A stretch of DNA of 64,000 bases from Longimicrobiales bacterium (GCA_963422615.1 OY730414.1:2030302-2094301); one strand, 5' to 3'. Positions 16,131 through 26,666 are shown, counted from the stretch's first letter. Numbers and translations are program-made. The notes: generated by a model not told the origin, from the letters alone.

Positions 16131-19100
16131 TTAAAAGCCCACGCGGAGGGACAAGGTAAACCGGCGGGGGATCGGAACCCCGAAGGCTTCCGTTCCGGTG
16201 AGGAAGTTGCAGTTCACACCGCCGCCCGTACATGTACTTGTGGGATTGATCTCGGGATCAATCCCTCTATAGTCTCCGAAAACCCACAGCCTGACATTCC
16301 GACCGCCCGCCGTGACGGTGGCGTTGCTCAGGCCCAGATTCTCGACGAAGTCAGAAGGGACCCGGTACGACAGGGAAATCTCCCGCCAGCGTACGAAGTC
16401 GGAAGTCCAGATTTGGTTCATGCCCGACATGGGAGCCAAAGCCCGGAGTTCCTTCGCCCATGTGAGTGCTGCTTCCAGCCGCTGTTGGGCCGTTGACGCG
16501 GGGTTCTGAAGGACGGATGCCACATGCGCGGTTGCAGGCACGTTTCTGCCGATCACGGCGTTGGCTTGGCGGAACGCGCCCGTCAAGTCCTGGGTGTGAA
16601 AGTTCCCGGCCTTGTATTCGAAGTTGCTGGACAACTCGAAGTTGCTCAAGAAGCTGATGTCGAAACCGAAGGAACCGGCAAAGTCGGGCGTGGGCTTCCC
16701 GATGTACGAGTCCAGGTACACCGACGATCCCTCTGGGCACCCCAGGGGAATGACCTCGAACTCGGACGGGTTGCGGGGCTCGCTAAAGTACTCAAGGGCC
16801 TGGGCCTGGGTGGGCTCCAGACAGGACGTACCCGAAATATCCAACGGAATCGCCATGTTCGGGTCCAGCACCGCACCGAAGAACGAACCCGGTGCAAAGC
16901 CTTCCTTAAGGAAGTTCCGGTAACGGGGGTAGGACCCCCCGGTCTTGAGGGGAGGCGCACCCCCCATGTCCGTCACGATTTCGTCAATCCATGCCGTATT
17001 GGCAAACAGACTGATTGCGAGGTTCTCGGAGTTGTAGGCCTGCGTCGTCAGGGATATTTCGAATCCCTTCGCATCCAGCTGGCCAATGTTATCCAGCTGC
17101 GTTGCGGTGAAACCGCCGGTGACCGGGAACTGGCGCGCGACGAGCGCGTCGTTCGTCACCCGGTCCCAGAACGTGAAGTCAACCCCGACCCGGTCGTTCC
17201 AAAGACCGAACTCTGCCCCGACTTCCCATTCATCCGATGTTTCGGGCGCCAGAGCCTGGTTCCCAAGGTTACCCGGCTGCAGGCCCGGACCCACTTCCGA
17301 AGGAAGGGGATTGTAGGTCGTGAACTTATCAAAGGCCCCGGGCTGAAGCCCGGAACGGCCCCACGCACTCCGAAGCCGGAACGTAGAGAGCGTCTCGTAG
17401 TCCCAGTCGAAGAGGTCCGTGGGAACGATGGAGATCGCCGCCTTCGGGTAGGTCGCCGTCTCAAAGTCTTCACCGAAGGCGCTGTTCGCGTCAAAGCGAG
17501 CCCCAAGGGTGAGGAAAGCCCAATCTTGGTAGCCAAGCTGTTCTTGAATGTAGACGCCTGCGTTGACTTCTTTACTCCAGGACTCGGAAGTGTACTGTTC
17601 CGCACCGGCATCCGCGACTTCCAAACCCGGACCGGGGAAATCCTCACCGCCACCGCCGTTGAAGGTGTTTTCACTAACGAATCCCTGGGTTCCTACGAGG
17701 GTGGTGCTGGTAAAATCGTCGGCAAAATCCCGGTCATAAGAGACCTTGAAGTCTCCCGTAACTTCTCGGTGATTCCGGTCGCCGAAATCCCGGTTCCCCT
17801 CCGTGTAGTAGGTTGAGAAGCCGTCCTTGTTCCAGCCGTAAGGGAAGAAGGATATGTTTCGGCCGTTGGTCATGTCCACGCCGTAGGTGCCATCAAAAAC
17901 CAGCCCGTCTAGAATGGTCCAGTTGGCATTCACACTGCCGACGAAGTGCTCCACAGATTCCAGTACGTCCCGGTGACCAGCCTCCCTGAGCGTGGCGAAG
18001 GCCAGGCTGCCGTAGCGGTTATTTTCGTCTGCAAGACGCAGCTGCCCCATGAGGCCCAGGGAGAAAACGCCGAAAATGTTGTTCCCGCCCGCCAAGGCGC
18101 TCTGGCTCGATTCAGAGTAGGAACCGCTGACCCGTAGGCGCATGTTGTCAAAGGGGAAGATGCTCAAGTTCACCGTCCCCTGGCGGCGGACGATGGTGTC
18201 TTCGTTCTTGATGAAGTCCGGATCCTCAAAGCCAAAGGGACCGTTTTCATTGTAGTACCGGCCCGAGGCGTAGTATCGAATGAGGTCGCCACCGCCGGAA
18301 ACCGAGCCCGCGTAGGTCTGGCCGTAGCCCGTGTTGTAGAAATCGTCCATGTACTGAGTCTCGTGGACTTCGTACGGCTGGAGACTGACGCCCCAGCGCG
18401 ACTGCATGCGGGCCACCTCTTCCGCATTCCTGGGAAAGTCGGCGTGGGGAATGAACCGATCCAGGGGAGCCCTCACAGCGGTCTGGTCGGTCTGTAACGA
18501 CCACCGGGGCGCGCCCTGCTGGCCGCGCTTGGTGAAGATCTGGATCACGCCGTTGGACGCCTCCGTACCGTAGAGGGTCGCAGCAGCCGCGCCCTTCAGA
18601 ATCTCGATCCGTTCAATTGAGCCTGGATCAATGTCGTCGATTCGCCGCGTCTGGGCCTGACCTGCGCCCCAACTGCCGCCGGCGCCCCGGTCAATGCGCA
18701 CGCCGTCCAGGTAGATGATCGGCTCATTCGACTGGGAGAGGGATGCGGAGCCGCGAATTCGAATGCGCCCGCCCGCCCCCGTATCTCCCCCACCGGGAAG
18801 GCCGACGACGCCCGCTTCACGACCCTGAAGAACATCGCTGAAGCTCGTGATGGGCGCGTCTTGCAGGTTTGACACATCCACCGTGGCAATGGAGTTCCCG
18901 AGCTTCTTCTTTTCGGTGGCCACGCCTGTCCCGGTCACCACGATCTGGTCCAGGGTGATGGCGGTTACCGACATCAAAAAATTCGCGGTAGCGGTTTCGC
19001 CGGCCGTAACCGTGATTGTCTGCGATCCGGAGCGATACCCCACCAGCTCGGCGATGACGGTGATCTCACCTGCCGGGGCGTTTACCAACACGAACCGGCC

Positions 19101-19328
19101 ACTGCTGTTCGTAAGCGTTCCCAAGCCGGAACCTTCGACATAGACCTGGGCCGACTCCAGAGGCCGAGCCGAACCTGCGTCGGTGACCGTCCCGATGACG
19201 GTCCCCGTCGACTGGGCCTCTGCAGACCTCGCCGCCGGCCCGAGGGCAAAGCCGACCATAACGGCCAGGCAAAGCACCACGCCCCGATTCCGAAGCCTCT
19301 TTTCCTTCCAAACAAGTTTACGTGTCAT
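16131..19328 (-). CDS. susC: SusC/RagA family TonB-dependent transporter
   Basis: N-terminal carboxypeptidase-regulatory-like domain; IRIRG..SLS..NEPIIYLDG; IEILKGAAAATLYGTEASNGVIQIFTKRG; C-terminal Phe. Confidence 0.93.
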   Translation of the reverse strand: MTRKLVWKEKRLRNRGVVLCLAVMVGFALGPAARSAEAQSTGTVIGTVTDAGSARPLESAQVYVEGSGLGTLTNSSGRFVLVNAPAGEITVIAELVGYRSGSQTITVTAGETATANFLMSVTAITLDQIVVTGTGVATEKKKLGNSIATVDVSNLQDAPITSFSDVLQGREAGVVGLPGGGDTGAGGRIRIRGSASLSQSNEPIIYLDGVRIDRGAGGSWGAGQAQTRRIDDIDPGSIERIEILKGAAAATLYGTEASNGVIQIFTKRGQQGAPRWSLQTDQTAVRAPLDRFIPHADFPRNAEEVARMQSRWGVSLQPYEVHETQYMDDFYNTGYGQTYAGSVSGGGDLIRYYASGRYYNENGPFGFEDPDFIKNEDTIVRRQGTVNLSIFPFDNMRLRVSGSYSESSQSALAGGNNIFGVFSLGLMGQLRLADENNRYGSLAFATLREAGHRDVLESVEHFVGSVNANWTILDGLVFDGTYGVDMTNGRNISFFPYGWNKDGFSTYYTEGNRDFGDRNHREVTGDFKVSYDRDFADDFTSTTLVGTQGFVSENTFNGGGGEDFPGPGLEVADAGAEQYTSESWSKEVNAGVYIQEQLGYQDWAFLTLGARFDANSAFGEDFETATYPKAAISIVPTDLFDWDYETLSTFRLRSAWGRSGLQPGAFDKFTTYNPLPSEVGPGLQPGNLGNQALAPETSDEWEVGAEFGLWNDRVGVDFTFWDRVTNDALVARQFPVTGGFTATQLDNIGQLDAKGFEISLTTQAYNSENLAISLFANTAWIDEIVTDMGGAPPLKTGGSYPRYRNFLKEGFAPGSFFGAVLDPNMAIPLDISGTSCLEPTQAQALEYFSEPRNPSEFEVIPLGCPEGSSVYLDSYIGKPTPDFAGSFGFDISFLSNFELSSNFEYKAGNFHTQDLTGAFRQANAVIGRNVPATAHVASVLQNPASTAQQRLEAALTWAKELRALAPMSGMNQIWTSDFVRWREISLSYRVPSDFVENLGLSNATVTAGGRNVRLWVFGDYRGIDPEINPTSTCTGGGVNCNFLTGTEAFGVPIPRRFTLSLRVGF

Positions 19329-19461
19329 TTAGCTGTCCTCCGTCAGAGAGTTTAGACACGAGGTACACCCCATTTATGTAATCCGGGTACTTCCCGGTCA
19401 GGGCCATGGCCCAGCCTATAGTGGATACGTTCTTCGTTCTTGTAGCTCCCCATCCCGGGGC

Positions 19462-19489
19462 AAGTTACCCACCACCGCTCCGCTGTCAA
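19462..19489 (-). promoter_or_regulatory. Putative sigma70-type promoter for susCD
   Basis: Minus strand TTGACA-N16-TAACTT about 135 bp upstream of the susC ATG. Confidence 0.5.
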
Positions 19490-19584
19490 GAATATCCGAG
19501 AACATCCCCTGCTGCTGCCAGAAAACGAAATCCATCTACCGTAGAAATTCTGCTTCCGACCAACCCTCATTCGAGGCAACCCCC

Positions 19585-19971
19585 TCATCCCACCCTCGCC
19601 ACGACCTCGATTTCCACATCTACGTTCTTGGGCAGGCCCGCCACGGCCACCGTCGCCCGGGCAGGCCGATGGCCTCCGAAGTGGCGCTCGTAGGTGGCAT
19701 TCATCTCCCCGAAGTGGGCCATGTCCGACAGGAACACCGTGGTCTTCACGACGGTCCGGAGGCTTCCGCCTGCCGCCACCAGCACCGCTCCCAGGTTCTT
19801 CAGTACCTGGTCGGTCTGGGCCCCAACGCCACCCTCCACCAGGGCCCCGGTCTCCGGGTCCAAGGGAATCTGGCCGGAAGCAAAGATCCATCCGTCCGTC
19901 ACGACGGCCTGGGAGTAGGGTCCGATCGCGCCGGGGGCGTCTTCGGTGTGAACGGCGGTGAGGCGGGTCAT
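19585..19971 (-). CDS. ridA: RidA family enamine/imine deaminase
   Basis: APGAIGPYSQA, SGQIP, PARATVAVAGLP, VEIE. Confidence 0.92.
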   Translation of the reverse strand: MTRLTAVHTEDAPGAIGPYSQAVVTDGWIFASGQIPLDPETGALVEGGVGAQTDQVLKNLGAVLVAAGGSLRTVVKTTVFLSDMAHFGEMNATYERHFGGHRPARATVAVAGLPKNVDVEIEVVARVG

Positions 19972-20118
19972 CGGGCTCGTCTCGTTCGGTGATGTGGATG
20001 TCAACCTATTGTGACCCTATCGGGGGCGCCAGGGAGAAAGTGCCCCCTCGAAGGGAAATGTGCAACTCCGCGTTCGGTCCGGCCGTTTGGGCTGCCCCGG
20101 GGGCCAACCGCCGCCACC

Positions 20119-21102
20119 TCACTGTTGGGGACGCTCTTCCTTCAGGGACGCTTCGATCTCCGAAGGCGTCACCGTCGCCACCCCCACCTTCCCCACCCCC
20201 ACAGCGGCCGCGTGGGCGGCCAGATGCACCGCTTCCACCATGGCGGCCCCCGCCCCGGAGGAGACGGCCACCACGGCCGTCACGGTGTCCCCCGCCCCCG
20301 AGACGTCATACACTGACCGGGCCCGAACCCGAACCCGCCGCGAAACGCCTCCGGGAGACGCCAGCACCATTCCCTGATCTCCCAGGGTAAGGAGGAAGTG
20401 GTCGGAGGCCGCCCGGCGCCGGACACCTTCCATCCACTCCACGTCGAAAGGGCGGGCGGGTTCCCCCAGGGCCCCTTCCAGTTCGCTCCGGTTGGGCTTG
20501 AATACCGTGGCACCCCCGAAAGACAAGAAGTTTCGCCGCTTGGGATCCACGATCGCGGGAACACCCAGGGTGGACGCGGCATCCAGGGAATGGCGAATGC
20601 AGGCGGGCGACAGGACGCCCTTGTTGTAATCGGCCAGAACCAGGAAGTCTGCGTTGGGGAGCCGTTCGTCCAGGCGGGCCCTCAGGGCTTCTTGGGTCGC
20701 GTCCGAAACGGGCCCATCCCGCTCCCGGTCCACCCTGACCACCTGCTGGCCCCGCGCCAAGACGCGGGTCTTGACCGTGGTGGGACGGCGGCCATCCGAG
20801 ACCAGATGAAGGTCCACACCCCTCGCCTCCAGCGCGCGGCGGACGGTCCGTCCCCCTTCGTCCGGGGCGACCACGCCGATCAGATCGCACCGGGCGCCCA
20901 GCGTGCGAACGTTGGCGGCCACATTGCCCGCCCCCCCCGCCGCATCCCACTCGTTTTCCACCCGCACCACCGGGACGGGGGCTTCGGGGGACACGCGCTC
21001 CACGGGTCCCTCCAAGTACCGGTCCAGCATGACGTCTCCCAGCACCACGACCCGGACGGCGCTGAAACGGGCGGCGAGATCCAGGAAGCGGGGAGGCTTC
21101 AC
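20119..21102 (-). CDS. rfaE1: D-glycero-D-manno-heptose-7-phosphate kinase (HldE kinase domain only)
   Basis: GDVMLDRY, RVSPEAPVPVV, GGAGNVA, DYNKG, DVSGAGDTV; GTG overlaps upstream stop. Confidence 0.88.
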   Translation of the reverse strand: MKPPRFLDLAARFSAVRVVVLGDVMLDRYLEGPVERVSPEAPVPVVRVENEWDAAGGAGNVAANVRTLGARCDLIGVVAPDEGGRTVRRALEARGVDLHLVSDGRRPTTVKTRVLARGQQVVRVDRERDGPVSDATQEALRARLDERLPNADFLVLADYNKGVLSPACIRHSLDAASTLGVPAIVDPKRRNFLSFGGATVFKPNRSELEGALGEPARPFDVEWMEGVRRRAASDHFLLTLGDQGMVLASPGGVSRRVRVRARSVYDVSGAGDTVTAVVAVSSGAGAAMVEAVHLAAHAAAVGVGKVGVATVTPSEIEASLKEERPQQ

Positions 21103-22355
21103 CGAACCTCCCCCCATTCGCTCAAGTCGAACACCGAAACCCGCACCCGCTCCGCTTCCGGGTCGGTCCACCCGAGCATCAGTCGGTTCGAACCCAACCG
21201 GGCGATGCGGGGGAAGCCGGAGGCCCGGCTTTCGGATGAAACCGCAAGGGGGCGAAGGTCCCCGGGCACGCCGTCGGGGGAAACGCGGCGGCTCAGGATT
21301 GCGGCCCCTTGTCGGCTCCGTTCCAGCCACGTCACCAGCGCGGAGCCGTCGTCCAGCAGCACCACGTCCACCCGACCCGAAGGCTGCCCCGCGTCCACCC
21401 GGCTGGGCGCCCGGAAGCTTTCGGCCCCGTCAAAGGAGAAGGCTACGTTCACTCTGGCCTCCCCGTCGGGCGCCGTGAACCACGCGACGACAACCTGGCT
21501 CCCCCGGGCATCCAGGGCCGGACCGTTCACGGGACAGCCGCCGATCACCCAGCCGTCTTCGTAAACAGGCACGCTCCGGGTCCAATCGGACCCCAGCCGC
21601 CGGGTCACGTGGATGTCGCGGACTTCTCCTTCGGCCCGGTTTCGGAACGCGACGACCGGTGTGCCGTCGGCCACGACCGCATCGGTCTGGCAGCACTCGC
21701 AGGTCTGGGCGTCCAACACGGTTTCCGAACCCGCCGGACCGGAGATCGGGAGCCCCCGGGTTCGGATGGACATGGTCCCGTCCTCTTCCACCATGGCCCT
21801 GCCGTCCAGCCAAGCGACCTGAATCCCTTCCGCCGTCTTGAAGATGGATACGAAGCCGTGCTCGGTCGGGGTTCCGTCGTCGTGCGGCACCCAGGGCTCG
21901 GACCAAGTTGCCCCGAAGTCGTCCGACCAGACGATCCGGACCCCGTAGTCGTAGCCGCCCTGGTCCCCCCGCTGCAGCCAGTGGGCCACCAGCTGGTCCC
22001 CGAAAGCCCGGATCGAAGGGAAGTCCGCCCAGTTGACGAAGAAGTCGTCTCCTCGGGCCACCGTGACGACGGGGCTCCACTCTCCGTCAAAGAAGGAGGC
22101 GGCCAAGCGGTGGCCTGACGGTGCAGGCTCGATCCAGCTCATCCAGACCCCGGTCTCCGTTGACGCCAGAAAGGGCTCACCACTTGCGGATGCCGCCGGA
22201 ACGGGAATGGCGCTTCCTAAGCCCCCCGACGGAGGCTGCGGATCATCGTCGTCGGGCGCGCACGCCCCCAAAGCAAGCAGCAAACCCCAGGCAGAGGCGA
22301 GAGACGCCCGTTTCGGGCCACGCACGGCCTCGTCGGGGAACGGAACTGTGGTCAT
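21099..22355 (-). CDS. BNR/sialidase-like beta-propeller lipoprotein
   Basis: Lipobox LGA-C; NWADFPS; Asp boxes SDDFGATW and SFDGAESF; CECC and GCPVNGP motifs. Confidence 0.75.
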   Translation of the reverse strand: MTTVPFPDEAVRGPKRASLASAWGLLLALGACAPDDDDPQPPSGGLGSAIPVPAASASGEPFLASTETGVWMSWIEPAPSGHRLAASFFDGEWSPVVTVARGDDFFVNWADFPSIRAFGDQLVAHWLQRGDQGGYDYGVRIVWSDDFGATWSEPWVPHDDGTPTEHGFVSIFKTAEGIQVAWLDGRAMVEEDGTMSIRTRGLPISGPAGSETVLDAQTCECCQTDAVVADGTPVVAFRNRAEGEVRDIHVTRRLGSDWTRSVPVYEDGWVIGGCPVNGPALDARGSQVVVAWFTAPDGEARVNVAFSFDGAESFRAPSRVDAGQPSGRVDVVLLDDGSALVTWLERSRQGAAILSRRVSPDGVPGDLRPLAVSSESRASGFPRIARLGSNRLMLGWTDPEAERVRVSVFDLSEWGEVR

Positions 22356-22502
22356 GGCAGTCTCGTTGGTGTATGTATGAATGGGCGGACGGCGGCACGG
22401 CGGGGGCAGTGAAAGGACCTCGGTCCCGGCCTACGTGTATGTTATGAGTGTGGGCTTCCCGCTTGTAGGGACGCGCAAGTACCTGAACTTGGAGAGGAAC
22501 TC

Positions 22503-25500
22503 ATGGTTTCGGCGATAGGGATGACAGGTACTACCGGGCACAGCGGCATCCGCATGTTCGCAGGGGCGTGCGGGCTCGCACTCCTCCTTTTCCTTCCCCT
22601 GGCCCTGGCACCACCGGCTTCGGCCCAATACTTCGGACGCAACAAGGTCCAGTATGAGGAGTTCGACTTCAAGGTGCTGAAGACGGCGAACTGGGAGATT
22701 CACTACTATGCCGAGGCCGAAGCGCCCGTTGAAGACATCGCGCGCCTCGCCGAGCGGTGGTACGAACGCCTCGCCCGGACGTTTCAGCATGACTTTGATG
22801 CCCCGAAGCCTCTGATCATCTACGCCGACCACCCCGACTTCCAGCAAACCAACACCCTCTCCGGGGCGATCGGCCAGGGAACCGGGGGCGTAACCGAGTC
22901 CCTCAAGAACCGGGTCATCATGCCCCTGACCGCCTCTTACCGGGAGACGGACCGGATACTCGGCCACGAACTGGTCCACGCGTTCCAGTACAACATCGCC
23001 CAGAGCCGCAGCGGGGGTGGGATTATGAGGCTCGCCCGCATGCCCCTTTGGGTGGTTGAAGGGATGGCCGAGTACATGTCGATGGGAAGGGAGCACCCCC
23101 ATACGGCCATGTGGCTCCGGGACCACATTTTGAGGGACGAAAAGCCCACTTTGAAGGAGATCACCCGGAACCCGAAGTACTTCGCATACCGCTTCGGACA
23201 GGGCCTCATCTCCTACCTGGGGGGCACCTACGGGGACGACGCGGTCCAGGACATGTTTCGCATGGCCCTCCAAGGAGGGTGGGAAGCGGCGATCGAACAG
23301 GTCTTCGCCATGCCGGAAGACAGCCTGGCCATGCAGTGGTGGGACGCCGTGGAGGCCGAGTACCGCCCCCTCATGGCCGGCAAAACCGACCCCCACGAAA
23401 CCGGGAATGTTCTTCTGTGTGGGGAGTGCGGCTCCGGTCGGGTCAACGTGGCTCCTTCCCTGAGCCCCGACGGACGCTACATCGTCTTCCAGTCGGAGAA
23501 GGATCTCTTCTCTATGGACATGTTCCTGGCGGAGACGGAGACCGGTCGGATTCTGCGTCCGCTTCAGCGGAATCAGACCCCCTACATTGATGGCATCCGG
23601 TACATCGACTCCAGCGGAACCTGGTCCCCCGACGGCAGGAAGCTTGCCTTCGTGATTCTGGCCGACGGGAACAATCAACTGGTGATCCTGGACGTTCAGA
23701 GCGGGGATCTGGAGCAGCGGATCGAGGTCGAAGCGCTGGGGGCAATCCAGAATCCGGCGTGGTCTCCCGACGGGAGGCAGATCGCCTTTTCAGGACTCAA
23801 GGGCGGGATCACCGACCTCTATCTCTACGACCTGGACACCGGTGGCGTACAGCAGCTCACCGACGACAAGCACGCCGACCTTCACGCCGCTTGGTCCCCA
23901 GACGGGCGGACCCTGGTCTTCGTATCGGATCGGGACGAGAACACGGATTTTTCCGAACTGACCTTCGGCAACTACATCCTGTCCTTCCTGGACGTGGAAA
24001 CGCTGGCGGTCGAGTCCAGAACGGTCTTCGCCGGCGCGAAACACGTGAATCCCATATACGACCGAACCGGGGACGGGGTGTACTTCGTCTCCGACCCCGA
24101 CGGGTTTCCCGACATCTTCCATCTGAATCTGCTGGATGGAGAGACGCTTCGGATCACCCGGGCCGCCACTGGGGTCAGCGGCATCACCATGCTGTCGCCG
24201 ACCTTCTCGTATTCTCCGGAAAGGGACCTGCTGGCCTTCTCGGTCTTTCATGAACGGGGTTACATCGTCAACACAGCCACGCCGGACGAGATATCGACCT
24301 ATTCGGACGTGGTCGCCGACGCCGGACCCCATCCGGGACGCTTCCTCCCGCCGGCTCAGCCGGGCATCGGGAGCCGGGTTGGCAGGTACTTGGAAGACCA
24401 GTACACGGGGCTCGTGTCCGACAGCGTGTACACGGGCAGCCAAGCGGAAAACTACGAGGCTTCTTTGCAGCTCGACTACATCGGCCAGCCGTCCATCGGG
24501 GTTGGCGCCGACGCGTTCGGATCCTACATCGGGGGCGGCACGTCGGCATACTTCAGCGACATGCTGGGCAATCGGTCTCTCGGGGTCCGTTTGAGCGCCA
24601 ACGGAACGATCAAGGACATCGGCGGGCAGGTCTTCTACCTGAACCAGAAGAAACGGTGGAACTGGGGCGTGGGCGTCCAGCACACACCGTTCCTCCGGCA
24701 GTACTACGGACGGGGCCCCACCTCAGTCAGACTGATCCGACACCGCACCTTTATCGACGCCGCCCAGGGGATCCTGGCCTTCCCGTTGTCGTCAACCCGG
24801 CGGATCGAAGGCGGGTTCGGCTTTACGCGGTACAGCTATGACGTGGAGCAGGATATCTACTACCTCGATGCCTGGGGCCGAGTCGTGGACTTGGAACGAA
24901 CGGCCGTGGATGAGTATGAGCGGGATCCATTGAACCTGGCTTCCGCTTCTTTGGCGTTCGTCGGAGACAACTCCTTTTCGGCGTTCACAGGCCCCGTGCG
25001 GGGCGAGCGCTTCCGCATCGGCTCCCAGGCATATGTCGGCACCGTCAACTTCAACGTCCTTACCTTCGACTACCGCCGCTACTTCAACAACGGGGGCCCC
25101 GTGACTCTGGCGGCTCGGGGACTCCACATCGGGCGCTACGGCGATATTCAGAAGCTGGACGAGAAACACCTCGGGACGTACTTTTTGGGCTTCGAGACGC
25201 TAATCCGGGGCTATGCCTTCGAATCCTTCAACCAGCGTCAAGAGTGTTCGGTCAGCCTGCGCGGATCCAGCTGCCCCGAGATCGACCGGCTCTTCGGGCA
25301 CCGCCTGGGCGTGGCCAACGTCGAGCTCCGATTCCCCTTCACGGGGATCGAAGAATTCGGACTGGTCAACTTCCCTTACATCCCCATCGAATTCACGGCC
25401 TTCACAGATGTGGGCTTGGCGTGGGACAGCGAACGCCCGGGGGCCCTCGTTTGGTCCCGGGAATCCGCGGAACGCATCCCCTTGGTGAGCAGCGGCTTCT

Positions 25501-25613
25501 CCGCGCGCTTCAACGTCTTGGGATTCCTGATCCTGGAAGGGTACTACGCGTACCCGTGGCAACGCCCGGGAAAGGGTTGGCATTGGGGCTTCCATATCGC
25601 CCCCGGATGGTGA
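22503..25613 (+). CDS. Zinc-peptidase + PD40 beta-propeller + Omp85-type barrel protein
   Basis: Signal peptide, YFGRNKVQY, HELVH...EGMAEY, several WSPDG repeats, LIRGY / ANVELRFP / AFTDVG barrel motifs, terminal Trp. Confidence 0.8.
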   Translation: MVSAIGMTGTTGHSGIRMFAGACGLALLLFLPLALAPPASAQYFGRNKVQYEEFDFKVLKTANWEIHYYAEAEAPVEDIARLAERWYERLARTFQHDFDAPKPLIIYADHPDFQQTNTLSGAIGQGTGGVTESLKNRVIMPLTASYRETDRILGHELVHAFQYNIAQSRSGGGIMRLARMPLWVVEGMAEYMSMGREHPHTAMWLRDHILRDEKPTLKEITRNPKYFAYRFGQGLISYLGGTYGDDAVQDMFRMALQGGWEAAIEQVFAMPEDSLAMQWWDAVEAEYRPLMAGKTDPHETGNVLLCGECGSGRVNVAPSLSPDGRYIVFQSEKDLFSMDMFLAETETGRILRPLQRNQTPYIDGIRYIDSSGTWSPDGRKLAFVILADGNNQLVILDVQSGDLEQRIEVEALGAIQNPAWSPDGRQIAFSGLKGGITDLYLYDLDTGGVQQLTDDKHADLHAAWSPDGRTLVFVSDRDENTDFSELTFGNYILSFLDVETLAVESRTVFAGAKHVNPIYDRTGDGVYFVSDPDGFPDIFHLNLLDGETLRITRAATGVSGITMLSPTFSYSPERDLLAFSVFHERGYIVNTATPDEISTYSDVVADAGPHPGRFLPPAQPGIGSRVGRYLEDQYTGLVSDSVYTGSQAENYEASLQLDYIGQPSIGVGADAFGSYIGGGTSAYFSDMLGNRSLGVRLSANGTIKDIGGQVFYLNQKKRWNWGVGVQHTPFLRQYYGRGPTSVRLIRHRTFIDAAQGILAFPLSSTRRIEGGFGFTRYSYDVEQDIYYLDAWGRVVDLERTAVDEYERDPLNLASASLAFVGDNSFSAFTGPVRGERFRIGSQAYVGTVNFNVLTFDYRRYFNNGGPVTLAARGLHIGRYGDIQKLDEKHLGTYFLGFETLIRGYAFESFNQRQECSVSLRGSSCPEIDRLFGHRLGVANVELRFPFTGIEEFGLVNFPYIPIEFTAFTDVGLAWDSERPGALVWSRESAERIPLVSSGFSARFNVLGFLILEGYYAYPWQRPGKGWHWGFHIAPGW

Positions 25614-25721
25614 AACTCCGGGTGGCAGCCGCCACGTTGGCGGACGGGGTGAAGATGCCGGCGGTCCGCCAGGGCGGCCGAGCGCGCCCCGCCTGCTATG
25701 GCGGCCGAGCCCCGGAGAGGA

Positions 25722-26666
25722 TCAGAACACCTCGATTTTGAGGTAACGGCCGGGGTTCGCCTTTACGTCGTCAAGGAGCACTCGGAGGCTTTCGGCCGCG
25801 GCTGTGACGGAGTTGTAGAGGGCGTCGTTTGCCGAGAGCTGGCCCAGCGTACCCTCCCCCTGTTCCACCCTCGCCAAAAGGGTGTTTAGCGACGCGACGG
25901 CTTCTTCGGTCGTGCCGGACACTCGGTCCAGGGTGGACAAGGCGGATTCGGCCGACGCGAGGGTGCGGGTCCATTCCGGAGCCCCCGTGACCCCCTCTAC
26001 GTTTTCCGCGGACCGCCTCAGGCTCTCCGTCAGCGACCGAAGCTGGTCGGTCTGGCTTCCGGTCAGGGCTGCCAGATCGTTGAGAATATCTCGAAGGGAA
26101 GCCACGGAGGAAACGACATCCGTCACCGCCGAATCCGAAAGGAGGGCCTGGATCCTGGCGAGCACATCTCCCGCCCCGACCGTCAGATCTCCGGCAGAGT
26201 CCAAGACGCCGCCAACCACTTCTCCCGGGATTTCCCCGTGAGGTGCGACAAAGCCTTCTCCGGTACCGGGAACGACGGACACGACCATTCCCCCCAGGAT
26301 CCCGCTGGACGAGAGTTCACTCCGGGAACCCGTGGGGATCGACCATCTGCCTTCGATTTCCAGGGTGATCAAGACCCCGCCGGGATCCAGGTCGAAGCGG
26401 TGGACCCGCCCGATGTTGATGCCACGCATCTGCACGGGATCTCCTCTTCGGATTCCCTGAGCATCTTCCACCCGGGTCGCGACCATGTAGCGGCCCCGGA
26501 AGGTCGCAGGACTGGTCATGAAGAACAGGACCGTGAAGAATCCGACGATTCCCAGGATCACGAAGACCCCTACGCGGAACTCCCTGGTCCTGGGCGTCGG
26601 CGGAACGGCGCGAAGGACGTCCCGTTCGGAAGGCCGGGGGCTGGCGGGGGCTGCGGTATCGTTCAT
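25722..26666 (-). CDS. mlaD: MlaD/MCE family protein
   Basis: Single TM; A.GI..GD.V..RG..IG.V MCE motif; GEGTLGQL..D..LY coiled region. Confidence 0.9.
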   Translation of the reverse strand: MNDTAAPASPRPSERDVLRAVPPTPRTREFRVGVFVILGIVGFFTVLFFMTSPATFRGRYMVATRVEDAQGIRRGDPVQMRGINIGRVHRFDLDPGGVLITLEIEGRWSIPTGSRSELSSSGILGGMVVSVVPGTGEGFVAPHGEIPGEVVGGVLDSAGDLTVGAGDVLARIQALLSDSAVTDVVSSVASLRDILNDLAALTGSQTDQLRSLTESLRRSAENVEGVTGAPEWTRTLASAESALSTLDRVSGTTEEAVASLNTLLARVEQGEGTLGQLSANDALYNSVTAAAESLRVLLDDVKANPGRYLKIEVF

